DNA of 64,000 nt from Eledone cirrhosa (Eukaryota), in NCBI GenBank assembly GCA_964016885.1, contig OZ024746.1:100068001-100132000 (forward strand), in the 5' to 3' direction. The stretch's first letter is position 1, and each line of letters begins with the position of its first letter. The notes beneath the pieces are model-generated. The model was not told where the DNA came from and did no database searches. It was given only the letters and a program-made list of their open reading frames with translations. The translations under genes were made by a program, and so were the position numbers. Below, one piece after another: positions 50,095 through 64,000 of this stretch.

Positions 50095-53036
50095 ATTCTT
50101 CTGGTTTCATAATTTCACAAATTCTTTCCCAATAGAGAGAGAGTCGGTTTCTAACATAGACACAAGCCTCTCTCATTGGAATTTACCCAACATCAATTAG
50201 GTAGATATGTATGAATGCATGCATGCGTGTGTTTGTGTGTGTGTGAAGGTATGGATGTGTATGTTTCGTTGTGTGTGTGCAGGTATGGATGTGTATGTTT
50301 CGTTGAGTGTGTGCAGGTATGGATGTGTATGTTTCGTTGTGTGTGTGCAGGTATGGATGTGTATGTTTCGTTGTATGTGTGCAGGTATGGATGTGTATGT
50401 TTCGTTGTGTGTGTGCAGGTATGGATGTGTATGTTTCGTTGTATGTGTGCAGGTATGGATGTGTATGTTTCGTTGTATGTGTGCAGGTATGGATGTGTAT
50501 GTTTCGTTGTATGTGTGCAGGTATGGATGTGTATGTTTCGTTGTATGTGTGCAGGTATGGGTGTGTATGTTTCGTTGTATGTGTGCAGGTATGGATGTGT
50601 ATGTTTCGTTGAGTGTGTGCAGGTATGGATGTGTATGTTTCGTTGTGTGTGTGCAGGTATGGATGTGTATGTTTCGTTGAGTGTGTGCAGGTATGGATGT
50701 GTATGTTTCGTTGTATGTGTGCAGGTATGGATGTGTATGTTTCGTTGTATGTGTGCAGGTATGGGTGTGTATGTTTCGTTGTATGTGTGAAGGTATGGAT
50801 GTGTATGTTTCGTTGAGTGTGTGCAGGTATGGATGTGTATGTTTCGTTGAGTGTGTGCAGGTATGGATGTGTATGTTTCGTTGTATGTGTGCAGGTATGG
50901 ATGTGTATGTTTCGTTGTATGTGTGCAGGTATGGGTGTGTATGTTTCGTTGTATGTGTGAAGGTATGGATGTGTATGTTTCGTTGAGTGTGTGCAGGTAT
51001 GGATGTGTATGTTTCGTTGTATGTGTGCAGGTATGGATGTGTATGTTTCGTTGTATGTGTGCAGGTATGGGTGTGTATGTTTCGTTGTATGTGTGAAGGT
51101 ATGGATGTGTATGTTTCGTTGAGTGTGTGCAGGTATGGATGTGTATGTTTCGTTGAGTGTGTGCAGGTATGGATGTGTATGTTTCGTTGAGTGTGTGCAG
51201 GTATGGATGTGTATGTTTCGTTGAGTGTGTGCAGGCATGGATGTGTATGTTTCGTTGAGTGTGTGCAGGTATGGATGTGTATGTTTCGTTGTATGTGTGC
51301 AGGTATGGGTGTGTATGTTTCGTTGTATGTGTGCAGGTATGGATGTGTATGTTTCGTTGTATGTGTGCAGGTATGGATGTGTATGTTTCGTTGTGTGTGT
51401 GAAGGTATGGATGTGTATGTTTCGTTGTGTGTGTGAAGGTATGGATGTGTATGTTTCGTTGAGTGTGTGCAGGTATGGATGTGTATGTTTCGTTGTATGT
51501 GTGCAGGTATGGATGTGTATGTTTCGTTGTATGTGTGCAGGTATGGATGTGTATGTTTCGTTGAGTGTGTGCAGGTATGGATGTGTATGTTTCGTTGTAT
51601 GTGTGCAGGTATGGATGTGTATGTTTCGTTGTATGTGTGCAGGTATGGATGTGTATGTTTCGTTGAGTGTGTGCAGGTATGGATGTGTATGTTTCGTTGT
51701 ATGTGTGCAGGTATGGATGTGTATGTTTCGTTGTATGTGTGCAGGTATGGATGTGTATGTTTCGTTGAGTGTGTGCAGGTATGGATGTGTATGTTTCGTT
51801 GAGTATGTGCAGGTATGGATGTGTATGTTTCGTTGAGTGTGTGCAGGTATGGATGTGTATGTTTCGTTGAGTGTGTGCAGGTATGGATGTGTATGTTTCG
51901 TTGTGTGTGTGAAGGTATGGATGTGTATGTTTCGTTGTATGTGTGCAGGTATGGATGTGTATGTTTCGTTGTGTGTGTGCAGGTATGGATGTGTATGTTT
52001 CGTTGTGTGTGTGCAGGTATGGATGTGTATGTTTCGTTGTATGTGTGCAGGTATGGATGTGTATGTTTCGTTGTATGTGTGCAGGTATGGATGTGTATGT
52101 TTCGTTGTATGTGTGCAGGTATGGATGTGTATGTTTCGTTGTATGTGTGCAGGTATGGATGTGTATGTTTCGTTGAGTGTGTGCAGGTATGGATGTGTAT
52201 GTTTCGTTGTATGTGTGCAGGTATGGATGTGTATGTTTCGTTGTATGTGTGCAGGTATGGATGTGTATGTTTCGTTGAGTGTGTGCAGGTATGGATGTGT
52301 ATGTTTCGTTGTATGTGTGCAGGTATGGATGTGTATGTTTCGTTGTATGTGTGCAGGTATGGATGTGTATGTTTCGTTGAGTGTGTGCAGGTATGGATGT
52401 GTATGTTTCGTTGAGTGTGTGCAGGTATGGATGTGTATGTTTCGTTGTGTGTGTGCAGGTATGGATATGTATGTTTCGTTGTATGTGTGCAGGTATGGAT
52501 GTGTATGTTTCGTTGAGTGTGTGCAGGTATGGATGTGTATGTTTCGTTGAGTGTGTGCAGGTATGGATGTGTATGTTTCGTTGTGTGTGTGAAGGTATGG
52601 ATGTGTATGTTTCGTTGTATGTGTGAAGGTATGGATGTGTATGTTTCGTTGTATGTGTGCAGGTATGGGTGTGTATGTTTCGTTGTATGTGTGAAGGTAT
52701 GGATGTGTATGTTTCGTTGTATGTGTGCAGGTATGGATGTGTATGTTTCGTTGAGTGTGTGCAGGTATGGATGTGTATGTTTCGTTGTGTGTGTGAAGGT
52801 ATGGATGTGTATGTTTCGTTGTGTGTGTGCAGGTATGGATGTGTATGTTTCGTTGTATGTGTGCAGGTATGGGTGTGTATGTTTCGTTGTATGTGTGAAG
52901 GTATGGATGTGTATGTTTCGTTGTATGCGTGCATCTTCATATGTTTTGTATCTGTACATATATACATGCAGTTATTACTTATAGAGATTTGGGAATGTTT
53001 TACAAATTTTTACCGTTCCATTAATGGATTGTACTT
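50095..53036 (-). mobile_element. R4 family B 3' end, expanded by an internal satellite
   Basis: 50095-50225 matches 39455-39580 and 52927-53036 matches 39630-39742. Confidence 0.75.
50240..52926. repeat. 34-bp minisatellite (~79 copies, 2.7 kb)
   Basis: Unit GTGTGCAGGTATGGATGTGTATGTTTCGTTGTAT with a few recurrent variants. Confidence 0.97.
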
Positions 53037-53279
53037 CAGATGTATGTATATGTGTGTGTATGTGTCTGTGTATGTCTGTATCTATATATGTATGTTGGGT
53101 CACTCTTCAGTGCTACCATTTAATTGATAATTATTAATAATTGTATATTGTGCAATGGCCGTACCCGATAGCGAGGGGGAAGCCATCATGTATGTGTCCG
53201 TCCGTAAGGGTACTTTAAATTTAACAGAGCCAACCTCTCCAGCAATCAGAAGCACTCTAATCTCAAATCCTATTAAATA

Positions 53280-53495
53280 CAGTCCGCTTTTTATGCGAAC
53301 TTGAATTACGCGAATTCGCTTTAACGCCTCTTGAAAAAAAAAAATTAAATATTGACTTTGTGCGAATAACGTGGTATAACACGTGTGGCTTTTAATTTTT
53401 TTTATTTATCAGAAAAATTAGATTTGAATTACGCGAATTTGCTTTACGCGCCGCATTTACGAACACATCTTCGCGTAGAAAGCGAACACACACTG
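53280..53495. mobile_element. Tc1/mariner (Tigger-like) MITE remnant
   Basis: TA|CAGTCCGCTTTTATGCGAA ... TTCGCGTAGAAAGCGAAC...ACTG imperfect TIRs; internal repeated TTGAATTACGCGAATT. Confidence 0.45.
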
Positions 53496-53893
53496 TGTGT
53501 AGTTTGGCGGAAAATGTTTCTAGAGTTAACCTAAACTATAATAAAGAAAGGAGTGCGGGACTGCATCCAGAATATATTTTTTTTACCCTGTTTGTAAAAT
53601 AAGTTGGATTACTTTGAATAAATAATTAATGAATATTAAATAATTTATCTACTAAATTTCGTAACTCTTGATTAAATATATTTTCTTGCTTATTTAAAGA
53701 TTCACTTCCGGTTATATTATAACACTTATATAAACATCACATATATTTCCGGCGCTAATTTTCTCCTAATGTAATTTATATATAATATCGTATTTTTTTA
53801 AATGTATCATGGATTACGTAGTAGAGAGTGTAACGCAGACTTCGTTCAATTTCTGTGCATATTGTCAATTACGATTTTATATTATGTATCATA

Positions 53894-54045
53894 TCTACAT
53901 GTATAATATCAATATACTTGTGTATAATATCAATATACACACTACACATGTATCATATCTACATGTATATATACTTGTGTATAATATCAATATACACACT
54001 ACACATGCCAGCAGAAAACCACCCGAAGGGTGGTTTTTCTGCTAG
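53894..54045 (+). mobile_element. Miniature non-autonomous Helitron
   Basis: A|TC 5' end; 3' hairpin CAGAAAACCACCC-GAA-GGGTGGTTTTTCTG followed by CTAG|T. Confidence 0.55.
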
Positions 54046-54409
54046 TAGAGTTAATATTTCTCTGATGATTGTATCCCCTTGACGGAGGGGCTAACTGCCG
54101 TGTAGAAATTGATCTCATGTAAAAGTGGGGCCTTCACGAGCAACATATCAACATTTGTGAATCAAAATATTATCTTGAACATAAATGATCCGAGGAAATT
54201 AATTACCACTTTTTCAGGTTCTAATATATTCAAGTGGAAATATACGACCCATGCGAACTTATATTACTTGCTTTTGTAGTACGAACTATGTTTTGATGTG
54301 TGGAAACAGCTGTAATTATTATTGTTGTTGTTGTTTTTAATTTAGAGTTTATTTGAATTGTATTTTATATTTCGGTTACTTGAAAGTAGTTATTATTATT
54401 ACTGGTGTT

Positions 54410-54625
54410 AGAGCGGTGGATTGGCAGTATCGGTAGAGCGTCGGACACCCTGCTTTGTGGCATAGAGTTACGGCCCTTTATGATCTGAGTTCAAATCCCT
54501 CCCAGGTTAACTTTGCCTTTCATCCTTACGGGGTTGATAAAATAAAGTACCAGTCACGCCCTGGAGTCGATTTAATCCACTTTCCCCTCCCCAAAAATTG
54601 CTGGCCTTGTGCCTATATAAGAAAC
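54410..54625 (+). mobile_element. tRNA-derived SINE (main family)
   Basis: GAGCGGTGGATTGGCAGTATCGGTAG head, GAGTTCAAATCC, core and tail. Confidence 0.8.
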
Positions 54626-55424
54626 CATATCATATCCTTCCATATTATAAAAGTTCACCCTGGATAATATGTCCGTAACGAGGTGTATGAGAGGTAGTAC
54701 AGAGTCACACGCTAGGGAATTTTCTGTGATCTTTGTAGAAAATGATTGCATATATTAAAGACTATACTAATGCAAATACTTATTCTTAATACATGTTTTT
54801 CATTCACAAAGATGGCTTAAAAACCATTGATAATTATATAAATATAAAAAAAAAGATAAAGACAAAATTAAGTAATGAGAGAAAGGTGAAGGAGTAAAGA
54901 AGGACAGATCTAGCTGGGTGGGAAAGGACTATAAATGCCATAAGTGAGAGGAAAAGGAGGGGAAAAGCAAGTAATCTTGGGCCACAGAAGAATGGAAGGG
55001 GAGAGGGTGATGGGCTCTGGGCCTCGGGCCGGGTGGTGTTTGGGCTGCACCCCGCAGTACAGAAGCGAGCGGGTTATAGCGAAAGAAATGCCGCTGCCTT
55101 ACCCCTGATAAAATTATTCTCCGATGTTCTGGTTTTATCTCGTAAATGATATCTAAATCAATGTAGGAAGTAAATGTCATTGATCGAATGTCTGCTCGAT
55201 CAGAGAAGACCATGGGCTAAACAACAAAAACAATAGCGTCTTTATATATTTTCAAAATATTTGTTTTCTCAGATTTTAAATTTATTACTTGACTGACAAG
55301 GCAAAACAAGTATTAAAAATATTTGATTAGATATTTTACTAATGATAGAATGACCTCTAACGCATCTTATAATTTCTGTGTAATTAAGTATTGATTATTA
55401 ACCAATGTTTTCAATTTAGCTAAT

Positions 55425-55790
55425 TTTTAGCTAGATCTGGCTAATTTCAAGTCACCAGATCTAATTTCTAGCTAAATCTGGCTAATCTGAAGCCACCAGA
55501 CCTAATTTCTCGCTAAATCTGGCTAATCTGAAGTCACCAGACCTAATTTCTAGCTAAATCTGGCTAATCCGAAGTCACCAGATCTAATTTCTAGCTAAAT
55601 CTGACTAATCTGAAGTCACCAGACCTAATTTCTAGCTATATCTGGTTAATTTCAAGTCACCAGATCTAAGTTCTAGCTAGATCTGGCTAATTTCAAGTCT
55701 TCAGATCTAATTTCTAGCTAGATCTGACTAATCTGAAGTCACCAGACCTAATTTCTAGCTAGATCTGGCCAATCTGAAGTCACTAGAGCT
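55425..55790. repeat. 41-bp minisatellite (~9 copies) built from two ~20-bp subunits
   Basis: Unit CTAATTTCTAGCTAAATCTGGCTAATCTGAAGTCACCAGAC. Confidence 0.9.
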
Positions 55791-56619
55791 GATGAAATTA
55801 GTCAGCTAATGGATTTCTATAAATCTTGTTATTTTTTAAAATAATCCAGTCATCAGCTAATTTTTATAGTTTTAATTAAATTACCTAATCAGAGATCGTT
55901 TCAAATTGAGTGGAAAATGTAAAGATTTATCGAATATAGTAGGTTTAGAATAGATCGAGGGTTGGTTAAACTGTTTATAAGCTTACTATGAAGGGGTGAT
56001 TCTAAAGCTGTGAAATCTTGCATGCACTAATTCTAATCTGCATTGTTTCTTTCCTGGACTATGTTGAAAAATAAACCTTATTTGGTTATTCCATGAGAGT
56101 ATCTTGGACAGCCTATGAAGGAGTGATGCTAGAGTTGTGAAATCTTGCATGCATTAATTCTAACTCTTCCAATTAATAACTGCATTGTTTCTACGGCTCT
56201 ACCGATACTGCCATTCCCACAGTCGTACAATATAAGGATTTCTGATTTAGGCACAAGGCCAACAATTTTGAGGGTTGGGGAAATCGATTAAATCGACACC
56301 AGTGTATTACAGGTACTTTATTTTATCGACCCCGCAAGAATGAACGGCAAAGCTAGCCTCAGCAGAATTTGAACTTAGAACGTAAAAGACCGTAAAGCAT
56401 GCTGTTCGACGCTCTACCAGTTATGGCAATCCCTAGAAGCAATAAATAATACTGGTGCTTTACCATTTTGTTTATTACTTGAAATCTACGAATTGTATTT
56501 CTTCAAGAAAAGTTTTCTAATGAAGTCGATATCACAGTCGCCCGGCGAGTGATGAATGCATGGTTCAGGACCTCGTCAATTGGCCCCTTAATTGTCAGTC
56601 TCTGTATATCAGTACCAAT

Positions 56620-57065
<446 letters not shown>

Positions 57066-57361
57066 ACAGTACCACACTATAGTTATAGCGAAATGTATGA
57101 AGTTATATGGTGAAGAAGTAAATGATATATAAATTAATTTCCAATGTTTAGTTGGCAATACATTGACTAGCTATGAATGTAACATTAGTAATCTCACACT
57201 GTAACAATTAAAAAAAAATAATATCAACGTTGGGCTTTTTTCTAAAACATTGATAAATCCGAAACGCATGAAACAAGTTATCTCACATTCATAGTTTCAA
57301 AAATTCCCCAAAGAGTCTTTAATCACTGAATTTGTTGTATAAATATATATAGTGTCTGGAA

Positions 57362-57610
57362 CTAGCCGTTGATACGGCAAGATCTCAATCACCGAGTCCC
57401 GTCTCTTTACTATATAGCCATACTCAACTATACTACACTGACCGCAGGTCTCTGTCCACGCAGGTATTTTTACACATCGCTGTCTTTGACAGCATTTAGC
57501 TGTTTTAATGGCTGTTCTAATGATGAGTTTTCTTATTTTTATATGTATTTAAATACACTCTTGCTTCATCTCTATTAGAAACAACATTGTTTTATATATA
57601 TATATATATA
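57362..57610 (-). mobile_element. Probable non-autonomous Helitron
   Basis: Minus strand starts TATATATATAAAA and ends GCCGT-ATCA-ACGGC-TAG|T; internal part shared with 8630-8745 and 9120-9275. Confidence 0.5.
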
Positions 57611-57616
57611 TATAAA

Positions 57617-58220
57617 CGGAAAAAATGAAACGAAATTTCCTTTCCCACTCTTAGTACGGCTGTTACTTAAATATAAGTATGTACACGTACATACATATAT
57701 GTATACAGACGTACAGTAGTATGTATATATATATATATACATACATGCACACATATATATATGTACGTATGGATTTACCGAACATTTATTATAATGCTCG
57801 GTGTGTTTGTAAACAAACATCCCGTAATTTCGTTTCATTTTTTCCGTTTATCGTTTTCGGTGCACCCAGCCGATTAACCCACTCGATATGCAAATTGGGC
57901 TGCTCAGCCGTCAATATGCATAAGGAAAGTATATACTTTCAGACGTTCAACAATCTGGCAGGAAGGTATACGTTGCTGACGATAGCTAATAAGCTTGAAA
58001 CTAGTACAGCGTTCCTTTGTCAGTGTTGAACAAACGAGCAACGATGGTTGCTAGACACTACGGCTTAATACGGGATGTTTGTTTACAAACACACCGAGCA
58101 TTATAATAAATGTTCGGTGAATCCATACGTACATATATATATGTGTGCATGTATGTATATATATATATACATACTACTGTACGTCTGTATACATATATGT
58201 ATGTACGTGTACATACTTAT
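57617..58220 (+). mobile_element. Retrozyme-like hammerhead repeat with ~150-bp inverted arms
   Basis: 57675-57826 is the reverse complement of 58068-58220; the core is homologous to 14260-14530. Confidence 0.7.
57970..58012 (+). ncRNA. Type I hammerhead ribozyme (family of 14403-14445)
   Basis: ACGTTG-CTGACGA-TAGCTAATAAGCTT-GAAA-CTAG-TA-CAGCGT. Confidence 0.8.
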
Positions 58221-58299
58221 ATATATATATACATATGTCCCAAGGCTCTGATACCATCAACACCATAAACACAGAGCTGGCACATCTAAGAACTGACTA

Positions 58300-58355
58300 A
58301 CTGCCTGATGAGGTCATAGCCATTCAATGGCTATCATCGAAATATATATAGCAGT
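58300..58355 (+). ncRNA. Type I hammerhead ribozyme
   Basis: ACTGC-CTGATGA-G..ATAGCCATT C AATGGCTAT..C-GAAA-TATATA-TA-GCAGT. Confidence 0.75.
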
Positions 58356-58426
58356 AAATAAAGGATTATGAGTTTATGCAATTGACTTATGTTTCGTCAC
58401 TATATATATATATATATATAATAAGT

Positions 58427-58931
58427 TGTCAGGTCGCTCTCGAGTGCTACAGGTAACATGTAACCCAGTACAACCTGTCTCATGGTCAGGTCGTCGGCGA
58501 CTAAACCGCCAACCCCACCAAGATTGCTTGGTGAGGAGGGTGATATTTGGACACCCTGTGGGATGAAATACAAGACCCGGCAAACGGTGGAGGAACTCAG
58601 CAGAGTCAACGGCCATCCAAATAGTACTTCTTTTTTTTCACCTGGGAGTGAAAGGCCCTCAGTTGTTGTCACAATACCTTTCTAGGAAAGAGAACTCTGA
58701 AAACAAACCTACAACTTCGGCAGCATCCAATGATATTGACTAGTTCTCCTTTTAGGGTAGTGTTTTCGATGCTCAGAGAGTGGGATTGGTCGAGTGCAAG
58801 GCGTTTCCCCATTTAAAAAATCTTCAAAGCACAGGCATTGCTTGTTCAGGATCTGTTACTGTTTCGTGTGGCTGGCCGTAGCCTAAATGTGCAGCAGTTT
58901 CGATAATCAGAGGAGCAGAGTTTGCAGCCAT
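58427..58931 (-). mobile_element. Diverged relative of the ~610-bp element
   Basis: Homologous to 9485-9892 and 38662-39270. Confidence 0.65.
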
Positions 58932-59996
58932 GATAATAACTTAAGGGGACTAGAATAAGTTTCCCTGCTAGACATATCTTGTACTCTCAGTCGCTAGGGG
59001 ACTAGCATAAGTTTCCCTGCTAGACATATCTTGTACTCTCAGTCGCTTCACGCCACGGAAACTGGGATAAGTAGCGGCCTGATGAAGCACCGAGCTCGAG
59101 GCAGACGGTAGACGTTTTTGATATATTAAACAATGCAATAGGTGAAACTTCACATAGCAATCAATAGCAACTTAGTAGCAACAATAGCACCCCATCCTTT
59201 TATGGTTATATGGAAGAGTGGGAAAAGGAGAGAGGAAGAGTGAGAAAATACAAAGAAAAGCGAATGGCAAAAAGAAGGGGGCAAAAAAGAATGAACCCGA
59301 CGAAGGTCAGAAGGAGCGTTGCAGTTCATCGTGAAGAGGAGCCCAACCGACGGATCACTTCAGAGTAATCTGTGACCTAAAGCTGGTTCTAGAAGAGATT
59401 AAACCAAACCTTGCATTCACAGCACTCATTACAAATGAAGCCACTACTCGGTTACGTAATCTGCGACAAATAGCAATCAAAACCTCTTCATGTCACACAT
59501 TACTGTCTTAAGAAAGGAAGAACATATTGAATAAGATAGCCTATATATTCTATTTCTGATCGACGTCGGATTAAAAACCTTATCATTAAAACACCCAAGA
59601 AACCCTCTATGAGATCAACATCTAGAGATAAGCAGTAAATTCCATTTTACTCATTTTTAATTTCACTACCTTTAGTCTAAGCTACTTTGATGAAATATCT
59701 ATCTTCGGTGTCATGTTATATATATACATATATATACATATATATATGCTGAAAGAATAACTATGTTGCTTGTGTTTATTTCCATCTTCGGTTAGCTTCC
59801 CCCTGTGTTGTTTACTTGTCTCACTCGCTTTACGCGTTTCTATAGTCCTAATAACTTATTTTAGTTATTATCGCTCCAACGTGAGGTATATGATTTTTAA
59901 TGCGATGAAATACCCATGATCGTTTGGTAAATCACTGATGAGGGACTCATTTTATAACATGTTATCCATGTGCAACTAGCAGTATTCTTCTCACCC

Positions 59997-60037
<41 letters not shown>

Positions 60038-60214
60038 GTGAATAACTTTATTTATGGAATATATCGTGTAAATACAATTTAATAGGAAAAAGAAAATTTA
60101 GATTGAGAAGAATGGAATATAAAGTAGGAAAATATAAAGAAAAGAGAAAAAAACTGAAAAGGGGAGAAGGCGAGGACTCTAGAGTCACGGAAGAACGGGA
60201 AGGGCGGTTGGACT

Positions 60215-60490
60215 CTGGGTGCGGCGGTAATGAGGCTGCAAAAGCATTCCTGCGGACAATGGCCAGCGACACCCACTGCAACAGCCACCCCACCTCGTGA
60301 GGCTCCTTCTTCAGATGGGCTGCTGACGTTCCGATCCTGCGGAGGAGCTCGACTGTACGGGGTCCAAGTATGCCTGAAGTCTCGACGGTGACTGATGCGA
60401 AGAGGAGGCGGCTGGAGAGTTCCCGGCATTTGTTTATCTTCCTTTTGTCTGCAAGGTGGGCCACGGTATCGGGGTTCGTGGCCGAAGCGA
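60215..60490 (-). mobile_element. CRE-like 3' fragment
   Basis: FASVTVETSGILGP...GWLLQWVSLAIVRRNA is homologous to the C-terminus at 22854-23159; a shorter piece lies at 48195-48290. Confidence 0.65.
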
Positions 60491-61937
60491 CTCGATCAAT
60501 TATTTTCTTCTTTTATATAATTGTTTCTACTTTAGGCACAAAGCCAGCAATTATCCAGTGCATTACTGGTACTTTATTTTATCGACCCCGTAAGGATGAA
60601 AGGCAAAGTCAACCTCGGCGGGATTTGAACTCAGATCGTAAAGGATCTGAGTTCAAATCCCGCCGAGGTTGACTTTGCCTTTCATCCTTACGGGGTCGAT
60701 AAAATAAACGTACCATTTTCATACTATTGGGTCGTCAAGTATAAAATTTGTAGAAATTTGTTTCTTTTCTACAAATTTCTACAAATTTCATACTTGACGA
60801 CCCAATAGTTATTGCTGTTGTCATCTCAGTTGTACTGTCGTCATCATGTCGTCGTTGTGTTGTCGTCGTTGTGTTGTCGTCGTTGTGTTGTCGTCGTTGT
60901 GTCGTCATCGTTGTGTCGTCATTGCCATTGTCAATCAAGTTCAGCAATGATCCTGTTTATGAAAAGCATCACTAAAAATACATGACCTGATGTGTCCTTT
61001 TCTAAACAAAATGACCGGGCAGAAGTTACAAAACTGGTAACAATTGTACATTGAACTTATTGAACCATATTAATCTTTGGTTATATATATATATGTTTAT
61101 TCAAAAATATAGACCAACATTAAATAAGGTTTAATATACATTATGTCAACACCATAATATGACATACACACACACACATAACACCTTCTACTTTAGAAAA
61201 TAAAAACCCGAACTAAATAAACCTTAACATACGTTTGCACTGACAATACAACAGTAAACACGAATAAGTAAGGAAAATATGTTCATTCAAAAATATTCCT
61301 ACTAAAGGAATCACTTTCCTACACACATACATACACACACAACATATATATATATATATATTCTCTTCATCTTAACATGCTAACCATACTCCCACACACA
61401 TAACACCCATACACACACATAACAACCCCCACACGCACAACTCCCTCCTCATTTCTACTAATAGAACCACTTTCCTACACACATATATATACACACACAA
61501 AATATATATTCTCTCCATCTTAACATACTCGCACACACACACATAACACCCATATACACACACACACAACTCCCTCCCCCATTTCTACTAATAGAATCAT
61601 CTTCCAATACACACATACACACACACAAGCACACAAATAAACATACATATGTTCACTTCAATAGAAAATCTGAACTCTGACACCCCAGCGAACAAACCAT
61701 ATTCACTGAACCGGAACAATTCTCCCAATTCCTTTTCTCTTGACCACTATCTTTCCATTGTCATAACATTCACTATAAAGACTACAGAATAGTTTTCCAA
61801 ATAAGGGCGCAAAAATGTAATGAAAACTTGTTCACGTGACAGCCAAATTTCATTTATAACCAATCAAATCACGTTTATTAAAAAAAAGCCTTCGTGAGCC
61901 ACCTTTTTTTAAAGTAAAGAAATTCAAACACACACAC

Positions 61938-61980
<43 letters not shown>

Positions 61981-62662
61981 TAAACACACATATCTTTACT
62001 TTCTTTATTCAATAGAAAATCTGAATTCTGACACCCCAGCGAACTAACCATATTCACTGAACCAGAACAATTCTCCCATCCCTTTCTCTTGACCATTATC
62101 TTTCACTTATCAAAAAATTCTCTAAAAAGGCTACAGAATGGATTTCCAAATAAGGGCACAAAAATTGAATGAAAATTTGTTCAGCCATAATTTCATTTAT
62201 AACCAACCAAAAAAAAGCCTTCGTGAGCCTCCTTTTTTCAAGTAAAAAGAAATTCAAACACTCATATATGAAAAAACAACCTGTGAAACCCCCCCCCCCT
62301 CTTATTTGAAGAACTATTGTAACGCGAACTGGCGCGAAATTTATTATAATTATTGACAAACCAATCAAATTACTTCTCGGAAAACCTGGCATTTCGAGCC
62401 ACTTTTTCCATATAAAACAAGTAACATTCAGAGACCAACCAGATGTGAGAAAAACCACAGACCCTCCATCTCAACTCACCTTTTGAAAAGCAGAAGAACT
62501 GCGAAACCGGTAAAGGAACCAAATAAATATATATATTTTTTTAAAAAATAAGACTCCAGTTGCATTTTCGATTTCATCTCTTTTTCTTTATACTTTCACT
62601 CGTGTAGGACACCTCGGTTATTTTTCATTTTGTAAAAGAAAACCTCACTTTCTAATTATTAT

Positions 62663-62730
<68 letters not shown>

Positions 62731-63054
62731 ATAATAATAAATTTGAAGACTAAAATCCAAAGAGGGCTCGATAAGGATAAATATATAACAAATATATAAG
62801 AACCGTAGAGCAAAAATTTATTAAAATAACAGATTAAAGTTTAAGCAAAGAATCGCTGCTTTCAGACAGGAAGACGATACTTTGGTTCAACGTTTCCACG
62901 AACCAAAGTATCGTCTTCCTGTGTTCCTCCGGTTGCAACGTTTTTTGAAATATCCGCTTCTGCGTTTACAGATTGACTTTGTTAATTTCAGAAGATCCCG
63001 TTCAGGGTGAAAGCAGCGATTCTTTGCTTAAACTTTAATCTGTTATTTTAATAA

Positions 63055-63180
<126 letters not shown>

Positions 63181-63589
63181 ATATATTTATATATAGTATT
63201 AAGGATACTATTTATGGTTATGTATGTAATAAAACCTTTTATGGTAATATATTTTTTATACAAACCCTAAATAGTGAAAGATAGTCATTAATTACTATCT
63301 TATTACCAGTAAGATAAATAGCTCAATGTAATAACATCGGTTGTTTTACAGAGCAGTTATATAGAGATTACAATAATCAAAGTTCAGTTTAAATCATTTA
63401 TTTGCTTACAATTGTTTCCTCCAAACCGAGGTTTGGATTCTTCGGGGCAACTATTTAGTGATCTATAACATACTTGACCTCCTTTTCAACACAAGAGACA
63501 TATAAAAACATATGCACATATTGATCCACAGTGGGATGACATCCATCAAAATGATATAGCATGGCAATTTACATATAAAGGTTAAAGGA

Positions 63590-63710
63590 TAAAAATAAAA
63601 ATAAAAATAAAAATAAAAATAAAAATAAAAATAAAAATAAAAATAAAAATAAAAATAAAAATAAAAATAAAAATAAAAATAAAAATAAAAATAAAAATGA
63701 AAATAAAAAT
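63590..63710. repeat. (ATAAAA)n hexanucleotide repeat
   Basis: About 20 tandem copies. Confidence 0.95.
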
Positions 63711-63764
63711 GAAGCATTGGCAGTTTTTGAAGAAAAAGCAAGAGGAAAGTTTAGAGTAGTCAGT

Positions 63765-63830
63765 GTATGAAACAATCTCACGTGTAGCATGCACGCGTGT
63801 CTTATTTATACAGGATTAGAGTGCGTCAGA
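63765..63830 (-). promoter_or_regulatory. Candidate TATA promoter on the minus strand
   Basis: TGACG half-CRE (63824-63828), TATAAATA (63803-63810) and E-box CACGTG (63779-63784) in non-repetitive sequence. Confidence 0.25.
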
Positions 63831-64000
63831 ATGTTATTTGCAAGGTCAGGCAGTTGAAGCAGGCAATCGATATTATTATGTGGGCTGAATTATTAAATCA
63901 TTATTTCGCATACACCTGTATGATATACAGTCCCGAATGTAGAGAAACACCAAAATATCAAAAATTTCAAACATATTATAAACCATATTATATCGTAGGC

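Noticed and set aside
50183-52967. ~920-aa ORFs in the 34-bp satellite
   Set aside because: The same periodic peptide appears in all three minus frames, an artefact of a stop-free 34-bp unit.
54055-54120. CTGATGA...GAAA-TTGA-TC hammerhead candidate (also CTGACGA at ~48457 and CTGATGA at ~59935)
   Set aside because: Stem I cannot be formed, or GAAA is missing.
54410-54500. tRNA genes at A-box/B-box motifs
   Set aside because: All are heads of dispersed SINEs that continue into the shared SINE core; no convincing cloverleaf.

Overview
AT-rich, repeat-saturated animal genomic DNA. The GFGD neuropeptide, the SINE family and the microsatellite load suggest an octopod cephalopod (inference). The only clear host gene is a minus-strand achatin/Ocp-type neuropeptide precursor (3811-4473) with a signal peptide, 14 GFGD copies and a candidate FMVV-amide. 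A splice acceptor at 4557 implies an upstream non-coding exon, so much of the window may be its 5'-UTR intron. A degenerate U2 snRNA copy lies downstream. The rest is mobile DNA: a near-intact Penelope-like element with ~850-bp inverted termini, fragments of a second Penelope-like family, a co-oriented stack of R4/Dong-type retrotransposons separated by (CATA)n, CRE, RTE and L1/Tx1 fragments, a deleted hATm-like transposon, MITEs, mini-Helitrons, many tRNA-derived SINEs and several TE-derived minisatellites. The least obvious signal is at least 9 intact-looking type I hammerhead ribozyme motifs from about 6 sequence families, one with stem covariation inside a small non-coding retrozyme-like repeat. 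All calls were made by eye, without database searches or folding software.
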